Notes: generated by a model not told the origin, from the sequence alone. A DNA stretch of 64,000 nucleotides from Selaginella moellendorffii (GCF_000143415.4 NW_003314310.1:800611-864610), one strand, 5' to 3'. Shown: positions 38,241 through 50,054, counted from the first letter of the stretch. Numbers and translations: made by a program.

Positions 38241-38739
38241 GAGTGTCCGTAAGGACTGGTCGACAGGTAACTTTCGATACCCGAAGTCACATTCGCAACA
38301 CTTAAGCTTAATATAATGGATCACCATTGAGAATTTAGTTAAAGATACATCAATGCTACTATGTGCAAATAGACTAGCTTCACTATCAACCACTTTGGGG
38401 TTGTTTGGGAGTGTCCGTAAGGACTGGTCGACAGGTAACTTTCGATACCCGAAGTCACATTCGCGACACTTAAGCTTAATATAATGGATCACCATTGAGA
38501 ATTTAGTCAAAGATACATCAATGCTACTATGTGCAAATAGACTAGCTTCACTATCAACCACTTTGGGGTTGTTTGGGAGTGTCCGTAAGGACTGGTCGAC
38601 AGGTAACTTTCGATACCCGAAGTCACATTTGCGACACTTAAGCTTAATATAATGGATCACCATTGAGAATTTAGTCAAAGATACATCAATGCTACTATGT
38701 GCAAATAGACTAGCTTCACTATCAACCACTTTGGGGTTG
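38241..38739 (+). repeat. 3 x 168-bp tandem repeat spanning the LTR end, TSD and host flank
   Basis: gagtgtccgtaaggactgg starts at 38241, 38409 and 38577. Confidence 0.93.
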
Positions 38740-40117
38740 ATCATTGTTTAACCAAACAACTTCATAAACACATTGCTCGCGACTACATGGATATAATATA
38801 AGTATCACAATGACTTGATCTTCAATCAAGCAACACTATAAGCAAGCTTATATTATTACTACAAAGGTTTACATGAGTATCAAGTGACAACTCGCAATAA
38901 AATGCAACATAAATGCCACACCCCACCGATAGAGATATATAACACTCAACACCACTAACTTTTATTCACAACACAAACAAGCTTATGCCACTCTTTTTCC
39001 GACCAAACTCAAAACTAATCCAACACCAAGTTACAACGATTAATAACTAGGTTCCCCGAAAAAGAATTAAACATTGTAACCCAAGTCTTCAATAGTAAGC
39101 TTAAGCAAAATGGTTAAGTGCTTCACTACTATCCATCTCATGACTCACCACTTGTAAAACCATCATAACCAACATGCATTAAGATAGAGACTCTTGATAG
39201 TGTAATGTGAATATAAGCAATGAAATCACACTTCGTTACAAATCATCTCTCCAAGAAGAGAAAGTGATTTTATGTGTTCATTCCTTTGTCCCTGAGGACT
39301 TTCTTTTTTGCCTCATTTTTTACCAAACCTCAAGTTTGCATTTGCATTGCCTTCAGCTCAATCTAAGAAAAGTTTATGAAGAGTGCAGTAATAATTATTT
39401 GAACCAATAGACTAATTCCTATAGTCTTGATTGATCCACTTATAATCATGTCTAGGAAGGATCTACTAATGCTGTGCTAAATAACTATGGACTAGCCTAT
39501 TTGCCACTCATAGCAAACCTAGGTTTACTTTTACTCACGGTACATGGAACCATTCATGGTAACCCCCAATATGCTAACATTAATCCTACCAAGCTTGAGT
39601 TGCTAATGTGCCTCACTCACGAGCCCAAGCACAAACTCGTGTAAAATGGTACACCCCTTGCCAACTCAAAGTGTAACCTTCAGTTGTTAATATGCCTCAC
39701 TCACAAACCCAAGTGCAAACTCGTACAAATAGAACATCTTAATCCATCTTATGAGCCTAAGAGCAAGCTCACATAATATGGTATAAAAAAGTAACCAAAA
39801 TCCATACCCAAGGAATGAATGTGAAGTCTTAGCACCTAAATATGTATCCACTCGGATCATTGTTTTCATCTCTACATATGCAATGAGATTAATTGCTTAA
39901 TCTCATTGGATAGTACTCGTTGAGACTCATCCTCTGATACCAAATGTAGCGCACGTGGTTTTCACACTTTATCCTATGGTGATTTATCATAGGATAACCA
40001 TAAAAGGGAACCTAAACCCTTTATATGCCACATGCCATATATCATGTGTCCAAAGGACAATGGAGTGGAATCTGAGTTTTAGAGTTTTGGGCCACTGAAT
40101 AAAGGTATGGAGCCAAA

Positions 40118-41405
40118 TGTAAGGAACCAATTCCCCGAGGTGTCGTAGGCTAAAGGATCCTCGAAAGCACGACTGAAATGATAAAGAGTTCATCAGATGG
40201 GACTGAGACTGAGATCGAGTTAAGACCGACTCTGAGATCGAGTTCAAGACAGAGTCTGGGATCTAATCCAAGGCTGACTCCGAGACTAAGTCTGAACCGA
40301 GTCTGAGACTGAGTTCGAAACCGAGTTTGAGATTCGAGATCGGATCCAAGATTGAGTCCAAGGTTGAGTCCGAGACAGAGTTCGAGATCGGGTCCAAGGT
40401 TGAGTCCGAGACAGAGTCTAAGGTCAAGTCTGAGGTTGGGTTCGAGATTGAGTCTAAGACCGAGTCAGAGGTTGAGTCCGAGATCAAGTTCAAGATCGAG
40501 CTCGAGACCGAGTTTGAATACTAATACAGGTCGTGGGGTGAAAGCCCAAAGCATGTGTCTCCTAGGGGGAGGGAGAGGGGNNNNNNNNNNNNNNNNNNNN
40601 NNNNNNNNNNNNNNNNNNNNNNNNNNNNNNNNNNNNNNNNNNNNNNNNNNNNNNNNNNNNNNNNNNNNNNNNNNNNNNNNGAGGGCTGCAGGGGGTTCCA
40701 AAAGTATAGTAAGGTCCAGGAACCAATCTTGAAAGAACTCTCCAGTGGTACTTCCAAACTGACTTGAGGTTGAGACTAGGGCTTAGGGGCCTTGGGTGGG
40801 AGTGAGCATAAACTCGGGTGGTATCAGAGGGGCCATCCAAAGAAGTGCTCAAGAGTAGCTCCCACTCCCGAAAGGAAACCAACTGCAGTGTTCCCGGCTT
40901 ATGTGGAGTGGTGCCCTACTTGAGTACCTTGTGGCTCATTGGTCTTTGCCACTTCCTAGGGGCTTAGGCCTCCCCTTTGGGATGGAAGTGGGGGAGTAGA
41001 GGTACCCATACCAGGCCATTAGGCCACGGTGTTTCCCTCTGATGCCCCGGAGCAACTGTTACACCCAAGGCTTGGGATTTAGAGATGATCAAGTTTTGTT
41101 GTACCAAGGGATGTTAAGAACTTGGAGGCTTGGTGTGTTTGGCTGCTTGTGCCTGTGGGGAGTGTAGCCGAACCTTAAGTTTAGTCTAGCCCAGGGAGGG
41201 GGATTGGGAGAGATTTGGGATTCCATGGATGGATGGCTAATGCTTCATTGCTCGTACAATGAGTAGTTGAAACCAAGTAGGACTAAGTAAGAGCTAGTAT
41301 AATAGGTGAGAACCTTGGCGAGGGAACTTAAGTAAGGCCAAGGTAGTGTTGGTCGAATAGACGAGGTAAGCTAACAAATTAAAAGGGAAAAATTTGTAGC
41401 TTACA
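40118..41405 (+). mobile_element. Solo LTR related to the 29802 LTR family, opposite orientation, inserted in the host 5' LTR (contains N gap 40581-40680)
   Basis: TGTAAGG...GCTTACA ends. TSD CCAAA (40113-17 / 41406-10). Decayed GAGTCC/GAGACC array. Confidence 0.82.
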
Positions 41406-42948
41406 CCAAACTCCTAAACATGGAGCCAAGGAGCGATGAAACTGGAACATGGAGCAACTCTTGAGCATATAGCCAAGGAGCAAAAGAAAGGAGCATAGAG
41501 TGACTTGGAATAGTCCTAAAGTATTTAACATCCCAATACCAAGACCAACATGTAAAATGGAGCTAAATGGAGTTTAGCACTACCAATGGCCTAACATGAG
41601 GATATAGGCATTCCACCAACTAGCATAGTATAGATCTTGGGCTTAAACCCAAAATGGATGCAGAACAAGAACAAGCATACAGGTGGAAGCTAAACTATAC
41701 CTCAGGTTGGTCAGCCATACCTGACCTACCCACTATCCCTACCATACATTTGGAACCCCCTATAGCAACCCCCCCTTGAAGAACACATGCTTTAGGCTTT
41801 CACCCTAAGCCTCTTTTAGTACTAGGAGTTAATCTCTGAGACAAGCTCAAAACTTACTAAATATGGAACGTCCTTAGATTGTGAATTTAGACATGAGACC
41901 AACACCATTATTTAGAACAATTTTCTACATTCCATAGATATGCCAAATGAGCAAATCTAAACATTTTCTATAAATAACATTTGGGACCAAAATAAGACTA
42001 ACACAAAGGGCATTATAGCGAGGGTGTTTGGTAGACACGATAAATTATCATCCAATGATATTGAGAGACTAGTCTTAATACGCGAGGAGCTATTAGATAT
42101 GCCAAATGAATAGATCTAGACACTTTCCATAAATAACAATTAAGATTGGAACAAGACCAACACAAAAGGTATGATAGCGAGGGTGTTCGCAAACACAATA
42201 AGTTATCATCTGGTGAATATTGAGGGATCAATCTCAATATTGTGGGGGTTTTTGATACTAGCAAATGCAAGCCAATAACACAAATTTCTCAAACCAAGCC
42301 GAGTATGCTTAGCAAGAAACACATAGTGTTCCTACCTTATGTTTATCCAATTTAAGTGCATGGCCATTGACTAATTTCTTAACTAACTCAAGTGGGAATT
42401 GATAATGGGTCTAGCAATACCGACCTCCTGCTTTTGTGGCAGTAAAGAAAAAATATCTAAAAGGATTAACCAACAAGTAAATTTTAATACCCAGAGTCAC
42501 ATTAGTAATACGAAGCCTTCAAATCCACAACTTAACTTTTTGAGTCTCACAAACTTTATCAAGAGAAAATAAATCTTGTTTTGCACCTTATGAACACTAA
42601 ATATTATATACAACAACTGTTGAAGGCACAAAATCCTTATTTAGAAAATCCACTAATGCTAGAATAATATATCTGTCCTAAATAAAAGAAGAAAGTGAAG
42701 GGAGAGAAAGGGTATTAGCATTAGCTATAGAACTCCGTAGACAATAAACAATCTTGAAATTATATATTTGAAACTTTAGAGCTCATTAAATAGTATGATC
42801 AATAAAGTTCTTCCACTTCAATAACAATGTAAATGCACCATAATCACCTTCTAATAATGTTTAAGAACCATACAAATATGCAAGAAGCTTCTCAAAACCT
42901 TAAATTTTTGCTAAACACTCTAATCATCTTTATGATTATAGTGAACTA

Positions 42949-43140
42949 TTGCAAGCATTGTTGAAGTTGTCAACATCATATTTCATCTGGTTTGTAAATT
43001 TTGAGCTAGCATTTATGGGTCTTAAAGATTTGTTAACGACTTCTCTAGTTTTGGGATATCTTTACTACACACAATTTTTCATTTTACACATGGATGCTTT
43101 TGATATCGGTTTTATAAGTGTGCTAATGCAAGAGAGCTTG
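42949..43140 (+). pseudogene. Ty3/gypsy RT-RNase H fragment
   Basis: LKDLLTTSLVLGY..FILHMDAFDIG; similar to the minus-strand RNase H near 47050-47170. Confidence 0.6.
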
Positions 43141-43155
43141 AGTATGCTTAGTCAA

Positions 43156-43515
43156 TGTAAGCTCCTCGAATTTGGACTTCCCAGGATGTCACCCAACCCA
43201 GTACTATTCAAACCCAAGGACGCTTAACCCCAAATATCCCAAGACCCTTAACCGATTGGAAAAGGGGGTGCACTCTTGTTCATGGGCCCTTTCCCTCTAT
43301 ATTTGAACCCCAATGGATCGTCTCTCAAGTCGTTCTCTTTGGTTGCTTACAATCCACCACGCTTCCCTGCAAGTTCACGCCCTCGTGAACGGAAGCTGAG
43401 AGCTGCAGCTCTCCTGAAAGCCCCGCTCTCTTGACACCCTACCCCTCGGGTCGAGCCCAGTGGGAGCTCGACCTCAATGGATCGTCTCTCGAGTCGTTCC
43501 CTTTGGTTGCTTACA
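43156..43515 (-). mobile_element. 5S-rRNA-bearing TRIM (Cassandra-like), copy B; intact 196-bp LTR 43156-43351, internal deletion
   Basis: TGTAAGC...GCTTACA termini. TSD GTCAA (43151-55 / 43516-20). 5S-like segment 43174-43228 on the minus strand. Confidence 0.9.
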
Positions 43516-43765
43516 GTCAACACTGTCCTATTGTATATATCAATTATACATTACAACTAACAAAGATAAATTACTCTACAATAGAGAAGCGAAACAATCA
43601 AAATATTGCATCTTGCTTAAGAAGTATTGCACATCATTCACAAACTTTGGAATAAGTAACTTTAGAATAGCTATAATAGGATTAACTTGTAAATCTTTAT
43701 GAGAAATATGGTACCTAAAATATTATATCTTTAGACCCAAACACACGCTTCAACTACTTCAGCTT

Positions 43766-44394
43766 TGTAGCGCATGTGATCATGGGATGAGATTTGGATA
43801 TACTGTCACCGTGGATCCTTGGAACTTTGGGGGATAAATGGGGATAAAATAGCCACTAAGGGCTCTCTCATCAAGCAATTGCCCCTTTTCCAGTTGGCTT
43901 AAAGGGAGAGAGATAAGGTGCGCTACAGTTGGTATCGGAGCAAATGGCACGGGTTCGATTCCCATTGATTAGTGGCTACTTAAAAGTATAATATACCCTT
44001 GAGCAAGGTATATTCCTACCCCTAAATTAGAAAATCGTACGTATTGGGCATCCATGCGTACGTCCTTCCTCTTGTGGAGTATCCCAGACGAAGGTATCCA
44101 CCGTGGGACTGCGGTACGGGTGGATGACTAGTTGCCTCACATGGAATAGCTGGTCTACACAATGGAAGGATTGGTAGATTCAGTGCGGAAATGGAGGTGC
44201 ATTGACATTGACATCTCTGAAGGGGGGGTGAGTGTAGCGCATGTGATCATGGGATGAGATTTGGATATACTATCACCGTGGATCCTTGGAACCTTGGGGG
44301 ATAAATGGGGATAAAATAGCCACTAAGGGCTCTCTCATCAAGCAATTGCCCCTTTTCCAATTAGCTTAAGGGGAGAGAGATAAGGTGCGCTACA
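43766..44394 (+). mobile_element. Complete TRIM (629 bp): LTRs 43766-43927 and 44233-44394
   Basis: 162-bp LTRs with 5 differences, all transitions. TIR TGTAGCGCA/TGCGCTACA. PBS TGGTATCGGAGC (Met-like). PPT GAAGGGGGGGTGAG. TSD AGCTT. Confidence 0.95.
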
Positions 44395-44399
44395 AGCTT

Positions 44400-44830
44400 T
44401 AAACTAACTTCCCACAACCAATCCAAACACTTTATGAATATCATAGATGTGCTCCTTCTATATTCATTTCAAGTGGATCAAGACATTATCAATGAAGTTA
44501 GCAGTCACATTTGGCATATCAAAGAGAACCTTAGCCATCATCCGTTAGAAAGTCATTAAAGCATTATTCAAACCAAATGGCATCACCAAGAACTTATATA
44601 AGTCAAATGGTGTATAAAAAACAATCTTGAAAACATCTTCCTCAGCTATCAACCCTTGAAGCAAGATCTAACTTAGTGAATTAATGATTTTTCCCTAAAT
44701 GATCTAAATGTCAATAGTGTGAGGAAGAGGGTACACATCTATAATCACTTTATTTAATGGATAGTAATCAATGCAGAAGTGAATACTCCCATCATATTTT
44801 ATCATAAAATGAAGGTCATATGCCCAAAAA
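44400..44830 (-). pseudogene. Degenerate Ty3/gypsy RT fragment
   Basis: Colinear with 47460-47880 (FCIDY.PLN, YPLP motifs). Confidence 0.7.
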
Positions 44831-45074
44831 GGAAAAGGCTACTACTTTGCTATAAAGATGAATGAAAAAGAAAAAACAAAAGAGAAGAAATTGAAAAAGC
44901 TACCAAGGAAATTGAGGGTTAGGTCTTATAAATGCCATAAATTTTAAGTGGTTTAGTTGGTTATAATTTATTTTATTTCAAAGTTATAATCATATTCTTT
45001 TAAATTTATGAGGACTTCCTCTTTTTTATAGCCATCAAGGTTAAGATATTTCCTTCTCAAACATAAACTATATT

Positions 45075-48000
45075 TGTGAGTGCATGGAATATAGACAAAG
45101 AATATAGAAAATGTGCATATCAATTAGCCCAAAACCCTTAGCTTATATATAGAAGCAAGTGGTCTAGATTGAAATAATTTTAACAACTATCAAAATCCCA
45201 TTATGTTAATATTAGTATATAGCATTGTAGTTGTACACTTGAACCTTACATCATCCCCTCCTCTCAGAATAATAAAAGACTATTAGGATTTTCTCATAGA
45301 TAGGCTGGGATCTGGAGGAACATTAGGAGGAAGCATTGGTGGATCTGTAGGTGGTACTAGTTGTTTATGATCCCTTTGAATGAAGCGTTTCAGCTGCTAT
45401 ATATACATAATTTCTAGAGGATCAGCCTATTGGATGTCATACCAAACTTCATAAACTTGTGGTCTAACTTGCCACAACACCTGATATGGTCCTTTCTATT
45501 GAGCAAGGAGCCCTTTAGATAAACCATATACTATATGATGAGGAAAACAAACTAACACTAAGTCATCTACTTTGTACTTTATATGTAGACAATTATGGGA
45601 GTTGTAACACTGTTGTTATCCCACTTGCATGCAGCCTAGGTGTTTGGCAGACTTGGCTCAGACAAGTGGAAGAATGCTTGTCAAATACTAATCCCATGAC
45701 TTAGCATCAGCAGCTCGTGGCAATCGCAAAAGTAAACCCAACTAATATTGCTAATATTGGACCATGACTGGTGAAGCACCAACAGAACTCTGCACTCCTA
45801 TGACATATGTATATTGAAAAGACGGCAAATAACCATCTCAATCCAAATGCTGAAAGTTCATGTACTTCACAATCATCCTTTTGAATGTAGCCATTTCACC
45901 AAACTGTCTAACTGTGGATGATAAGCACTCATGAAAGTGTGGTATATCCCCAACCGAGATGTCAAAACATGAAATGCCTTAGCCATAAATACGGGACTAT
46001 TATCCGAAAGAATCTACTCTAGACAAAAATACTGGAATATCACTTGATTGAGGAGAAAATATCTAATAGTAGTTGCAAAGATGCTAGCAAGAGCATTAAC
46101 TTCCACCCAACGAGTAAAGTAGTCAGAAGCAATAATAACATACTCATTGCCAATAATTGATCATGGAAAAAGTCCTATAAAATCAAATACTGCCAACTCA
46201 AACAGACACGAAAGTGCAATTGACTCTAACCATCCTTCTGCAGCACGAGGGGGAATGTTACGAGCCTAACACCAAACACAATTATGAGCTTGGCACCAAA
46301 TGCAGCTATGCACATATCAGATAACATCACGTTGCATTTTTCCTCAATAGAATGACCTGCACAGCTTCTCGGTCACACAACAATATCCCATATACCTGCA
46401 TAAAACAAGAGAATCATGGTAGACATAGAGAAACCGTGGAATAAAGATTGAAGGCACCACTAGCTATAAATGATCATCAGAATCCGTTCTCACAAAATAA
46501 AGATGGCCGTCTTCAAGGCGATATTGAGAATGTAAATGCTAGAATGGCAAATCGTCAGTCAGTGATGCAGAATTCTCAAATCCATCTCGAAACCTTCGAA
46601 TCCATGACTCAATATTTTAAGCCTTACGAACCTCATCAAGAAAAGATAAATCTTGCTCTACACTTTGTGGACATTGAATGTTAAGGACAACAACTGCCGA
46701 TGGCACAGAATCCTCATTTAGAAAATCCATAAATGCTAAAACAACAAGCTTATTAAAAATATAAAAAGAGAGTGAAGAAAGAAGAGGAGCTCGAGAAAGG
46801 GCATCAATAAACATCAACCATAGAACTCCTCAAATGAACAACATCAAAATCATATATTTGAAGCTTCAAAGCCTACCAAGCAGTAAGATCAACCAAATTC
46901 TTCCATTTCAATACTAAAGTAACGGTAGCATGATCACCTTTTAGTAACGTCCGAGAACCATAGAGATATGCATAAAATTTCTCAATTGTAATATACAGCT
47001 TATATATGCAATAGGATGGTGTTAACTAGGCACACTTAAACTCTCTTGCATTAACACACCTCCAAGATCAAAATCAAAAGCATCCATATGCAAAATGAAA
47101 GCTCAAGTATAGTCAGGATATGCCAAAACTGGAGAAGTCATCAAAAGCTCTTTGAGATCCTTGAACACTTGCTCACAGTCTGTAGACTAGATGGAAGATA
47201 ATGTTAATGATTTTAGCAATGCTCACAATAGTGTAGTGCAATTAAAAAGATGATCCACAAAACAACTAAGATACTGCACCTTGCCCAGGAAGCATTGCAC
47301 ATCATTTACACATATCAGAGTAGGGAACTTTAGAACAGACACAAGTTTGTCATGATCAACTTGCAAACCCTTACAAGAAATACAATACCTAAGATAAATT
47401 ATTTCCTTGGACCCAAACATGCACTTCGACTACTTCAAATTTATACTAACTTCCTGTAGCCAATCTAACACTTTACGAACATCACAAACATGTTCTTCCC
47501 ACATCCCCTCCAAGTGGATCAAAACATCATGAATGAAGTTAACAGTCACCTTTGGCATATCATAAAGAACTTTGTCCATCATTCGTTAGAAAGTCACTAG
47601 AGTATTGTTCAAACTAAATAGCATCACCAAGAACTTATACAAACCAAATAGTATATGAAAAGCAGTCTTAGGAATATCGGCTTCGGCTATCGGTACTTGC
47701 CAATACCCAAAAGCAAGATTTAACTTAGTGAACTAACAACTTCTCCCAAAACGATTTAAAAGATCAGTAGTGTGAGGAAGAGGGTATATATCTAGGATCG
47801 TCACTTCGTTTAACGGACGATAATCGATGCAAAAATGAATACTTCCATCAGGCTTCATCACAAGATGAAGTTCACATACCCAAGGACTCCACAACTTTTG
47901 AATAACACCCTTTTCCAATATCTCTTTGACATTTGCATGTAAAATCTTGATCTCCTTAGGTGATCGATGACAAATAAAAATCTTGATTGGATGAGCATCC

Positions 48001-49764
48001 CCAGTTGGAATCAGATGACATGTGGCAATCTTGGCCCCAAATGATAGGTTAAATTCAAAGAGATCAGCATACTCCTTCATTAGCCGGTCAACCACTACAA
48101 CACAAAGACCATTGGAGGGATTGGAGGGAAGAGCGGAACAAGAGAGAAACATAGGAGGAAGTAATGGTGAGATAAAAGTAATGGAAGCAAAAGTAAAAGT
48201 AGAGGGACAAGAAGTACAAAAGTGAGAGGAATGGATGAAATATAAGGAAGTATAAGACAAGGTGGAGAAGCCTCAAAGTCACATTTGGCATGATTGCATT
48301 ATAACCAATCATACCAAGGATAAGGTCAAAAGCTTGATTTGGCACCACCTGCAATGACTGCAACCCAAGCTCAAGATCACCCATATGCACAACTAGGTGC
48401 GCCTCATCCCCATATGCATGTGTACAACCATTGCCATAAAGAATAAAATTTGACTCTACCGCACAACACAAATAGATAGCAACATATAGGCAACAGGTTG
48501 AGCAATAGAAGATAAACTTGAATCTGTATCAACCAACACAGAGAGAATAATAGAAGACCTTTTGTTATAAAAATGAACTTGGAAAGTAAATACTAAATGA
48601 ACTAGTGCCGAGTGAACCCTTTAATGATACTCTCGAAAGAAATATGGAGGGATCACTGACTTATTCGTGCAAGGTCCCTCCATTTCCTAGATGCATCTCG
48701 GTGTCCAGACTTTTCACTACAATAGCATCAATAGGACATTGTTGTTTCACCTAGGAAATGGAAGCTGCCAATCCAGAAAACATCGATAATACTGACAACA
48801 CTAATAAATGTGACCAACTTCATCATATGTCCAACAGCAAACATCATGGCCATGACCATGTCCTCGCATATTTGGCTCCACACGAAGCAAAAGGCTTCAG
48901 AAATAAATGCCAAATTGCATCGCCAACTCAAATGGCCCTTGACAAAGATGATGCAATTGTTGGAAGGCATCATCACAATTGTCAGTATATTCAAATATAC
49001 GTTTGAAGATGTCTGGGAGAATACTCCAATCCCCACGAGTGGCTATGATCAAACCATAGTACCACTGTAGTGCCGTCCCTTAGAGACATGTGGGAAACTC
49101 ATGCAAACGTCGAGCATCATCCAAGAATGATATATAGCAATGACTATGAAGTGATTGAATCAATAGTACACATCATCCCCAGAATTCCTACCAAAGAACT
49201 CTAGCCAAACGCGAGGATTAGCACCAAGAGCAGAAGGAGTTGTACCACATGCCGTGAATGTTGCCATCAATTTAGTTTTGTTGTTCAACTGCAATCACAT
49301 AACATTGAGCAATTGCACCAACTACTACTTTAGAGTCAAAAGAGGAGAAGATTGCTGCTTTACCATGAAGATGAATGAAAAGGAAAGAGCAAAAGCAAAA
49401 AAATGAAAAAAAAAGAAAAAAGAAGGGAGATCTAGACATGCAAATGCTATATCTAAATGAAAGGAAAGAACAAAAGAAAGGAAACAGAAAAAACTAAATC
49501 AAGACAATGCAAAAATTAGATTTAAATCAAAATCCCAAATCTAAACACTCCTCAAGGACAATCAAAAGTGCTCCTCACCTCCATCAATGTAAGTGTATAA
49601 AATATAGAAAGGGAATATAGAAAATATGCATATTAATTAGCCCCAAAAACTATAGCTTATATATAGGAGTGAGTGGTTTGGATTGAAATGAATCTGACAG
49701 TTATCAAAATCCCATTATGCTAATATTAGTATACAGCATCGTAGTTATACACTTGGACCTCACA
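45075..49764 (-). mobile_element. Full-length but decayed Ty3/gypsy element with short (about 176 bp) LTRs (45075-45250, 49588-49764)
   Basis: Minus-strand order gag - PR (VLVDTDS) - RT (HFCIDYRPLNEVTILDIYPLP) - RNase H (FILHMDAF) - IN (DYFTRWVEV, GPY). PPT reverse complement tcatcccctcctct at 45251. TATT flanks both ends. Confidence 0.85.
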
Positions 49765-50054
49765 TATTAAAAATACTAATTAAGGACTTGTAATTATTTG
49801 ATTTCAGACTATATTTTTCTAATAATCTTAGATTTATAATTATAATAACAGCATGCCATGATTATAATTTTTGATGACTTGTTGAGGCATTCTAAATCTT
49901 TTCCAATAAATTTAAAACTATATCATATACTATAGTATAAATTTTAGTGAAAAGTACTTTATTGGGCTAAATTTGAGGGGTAGGGTATTAATAGAGCAAG
50001 GCTCTAGGGAAAGATATGGCTTTTAGCTTTTGTTCATCAGAGTGTACACATGTA

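Larger units (their letters stand above)
23775..38300 (-). mobile_element. Complete LTR retroelement with decayed/non-coding interior (LARD-like); LTRs 23775-24906 and 37187-38300
   Basis: About 1.1-kb LTR pair with TG..CA ends. PPT reverse complement ctctccccccct 24907-24918. PBS-Met reverse complement ctctgatacca 37174-37184. 5-bp TSD CTTAA (23770-74 / 38301-05). Confidence 0.93.
22090..42510 (-). mobile_element. Old, 3'-truncated LTR retroelement (host of the nest); PBS-Met 39932-39942, 5' LTR 39945-42510
   Basis: 22090-23774 plus 38301-39944 is colinear with 26950-29800 plus 37104-37186 of the younger element. ctctgatacca-aa-TGTAGCGCACGTGG at 39932-39958. Confidence 0.8.

Noticed and set aside
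31489-38739. CRISPR-like arrays (45-bp and 168-bp repeats)
   Set aside because: Head-to-tail tandem repeats without unique spacers, no cas genes, eukaryotic context.
43174-43228. A bona fide 5S rRNA gene
   Set aside because: Only about 55 nt of the internal control region is present, embedded in an LTR; the 5' half and terminator are absent.
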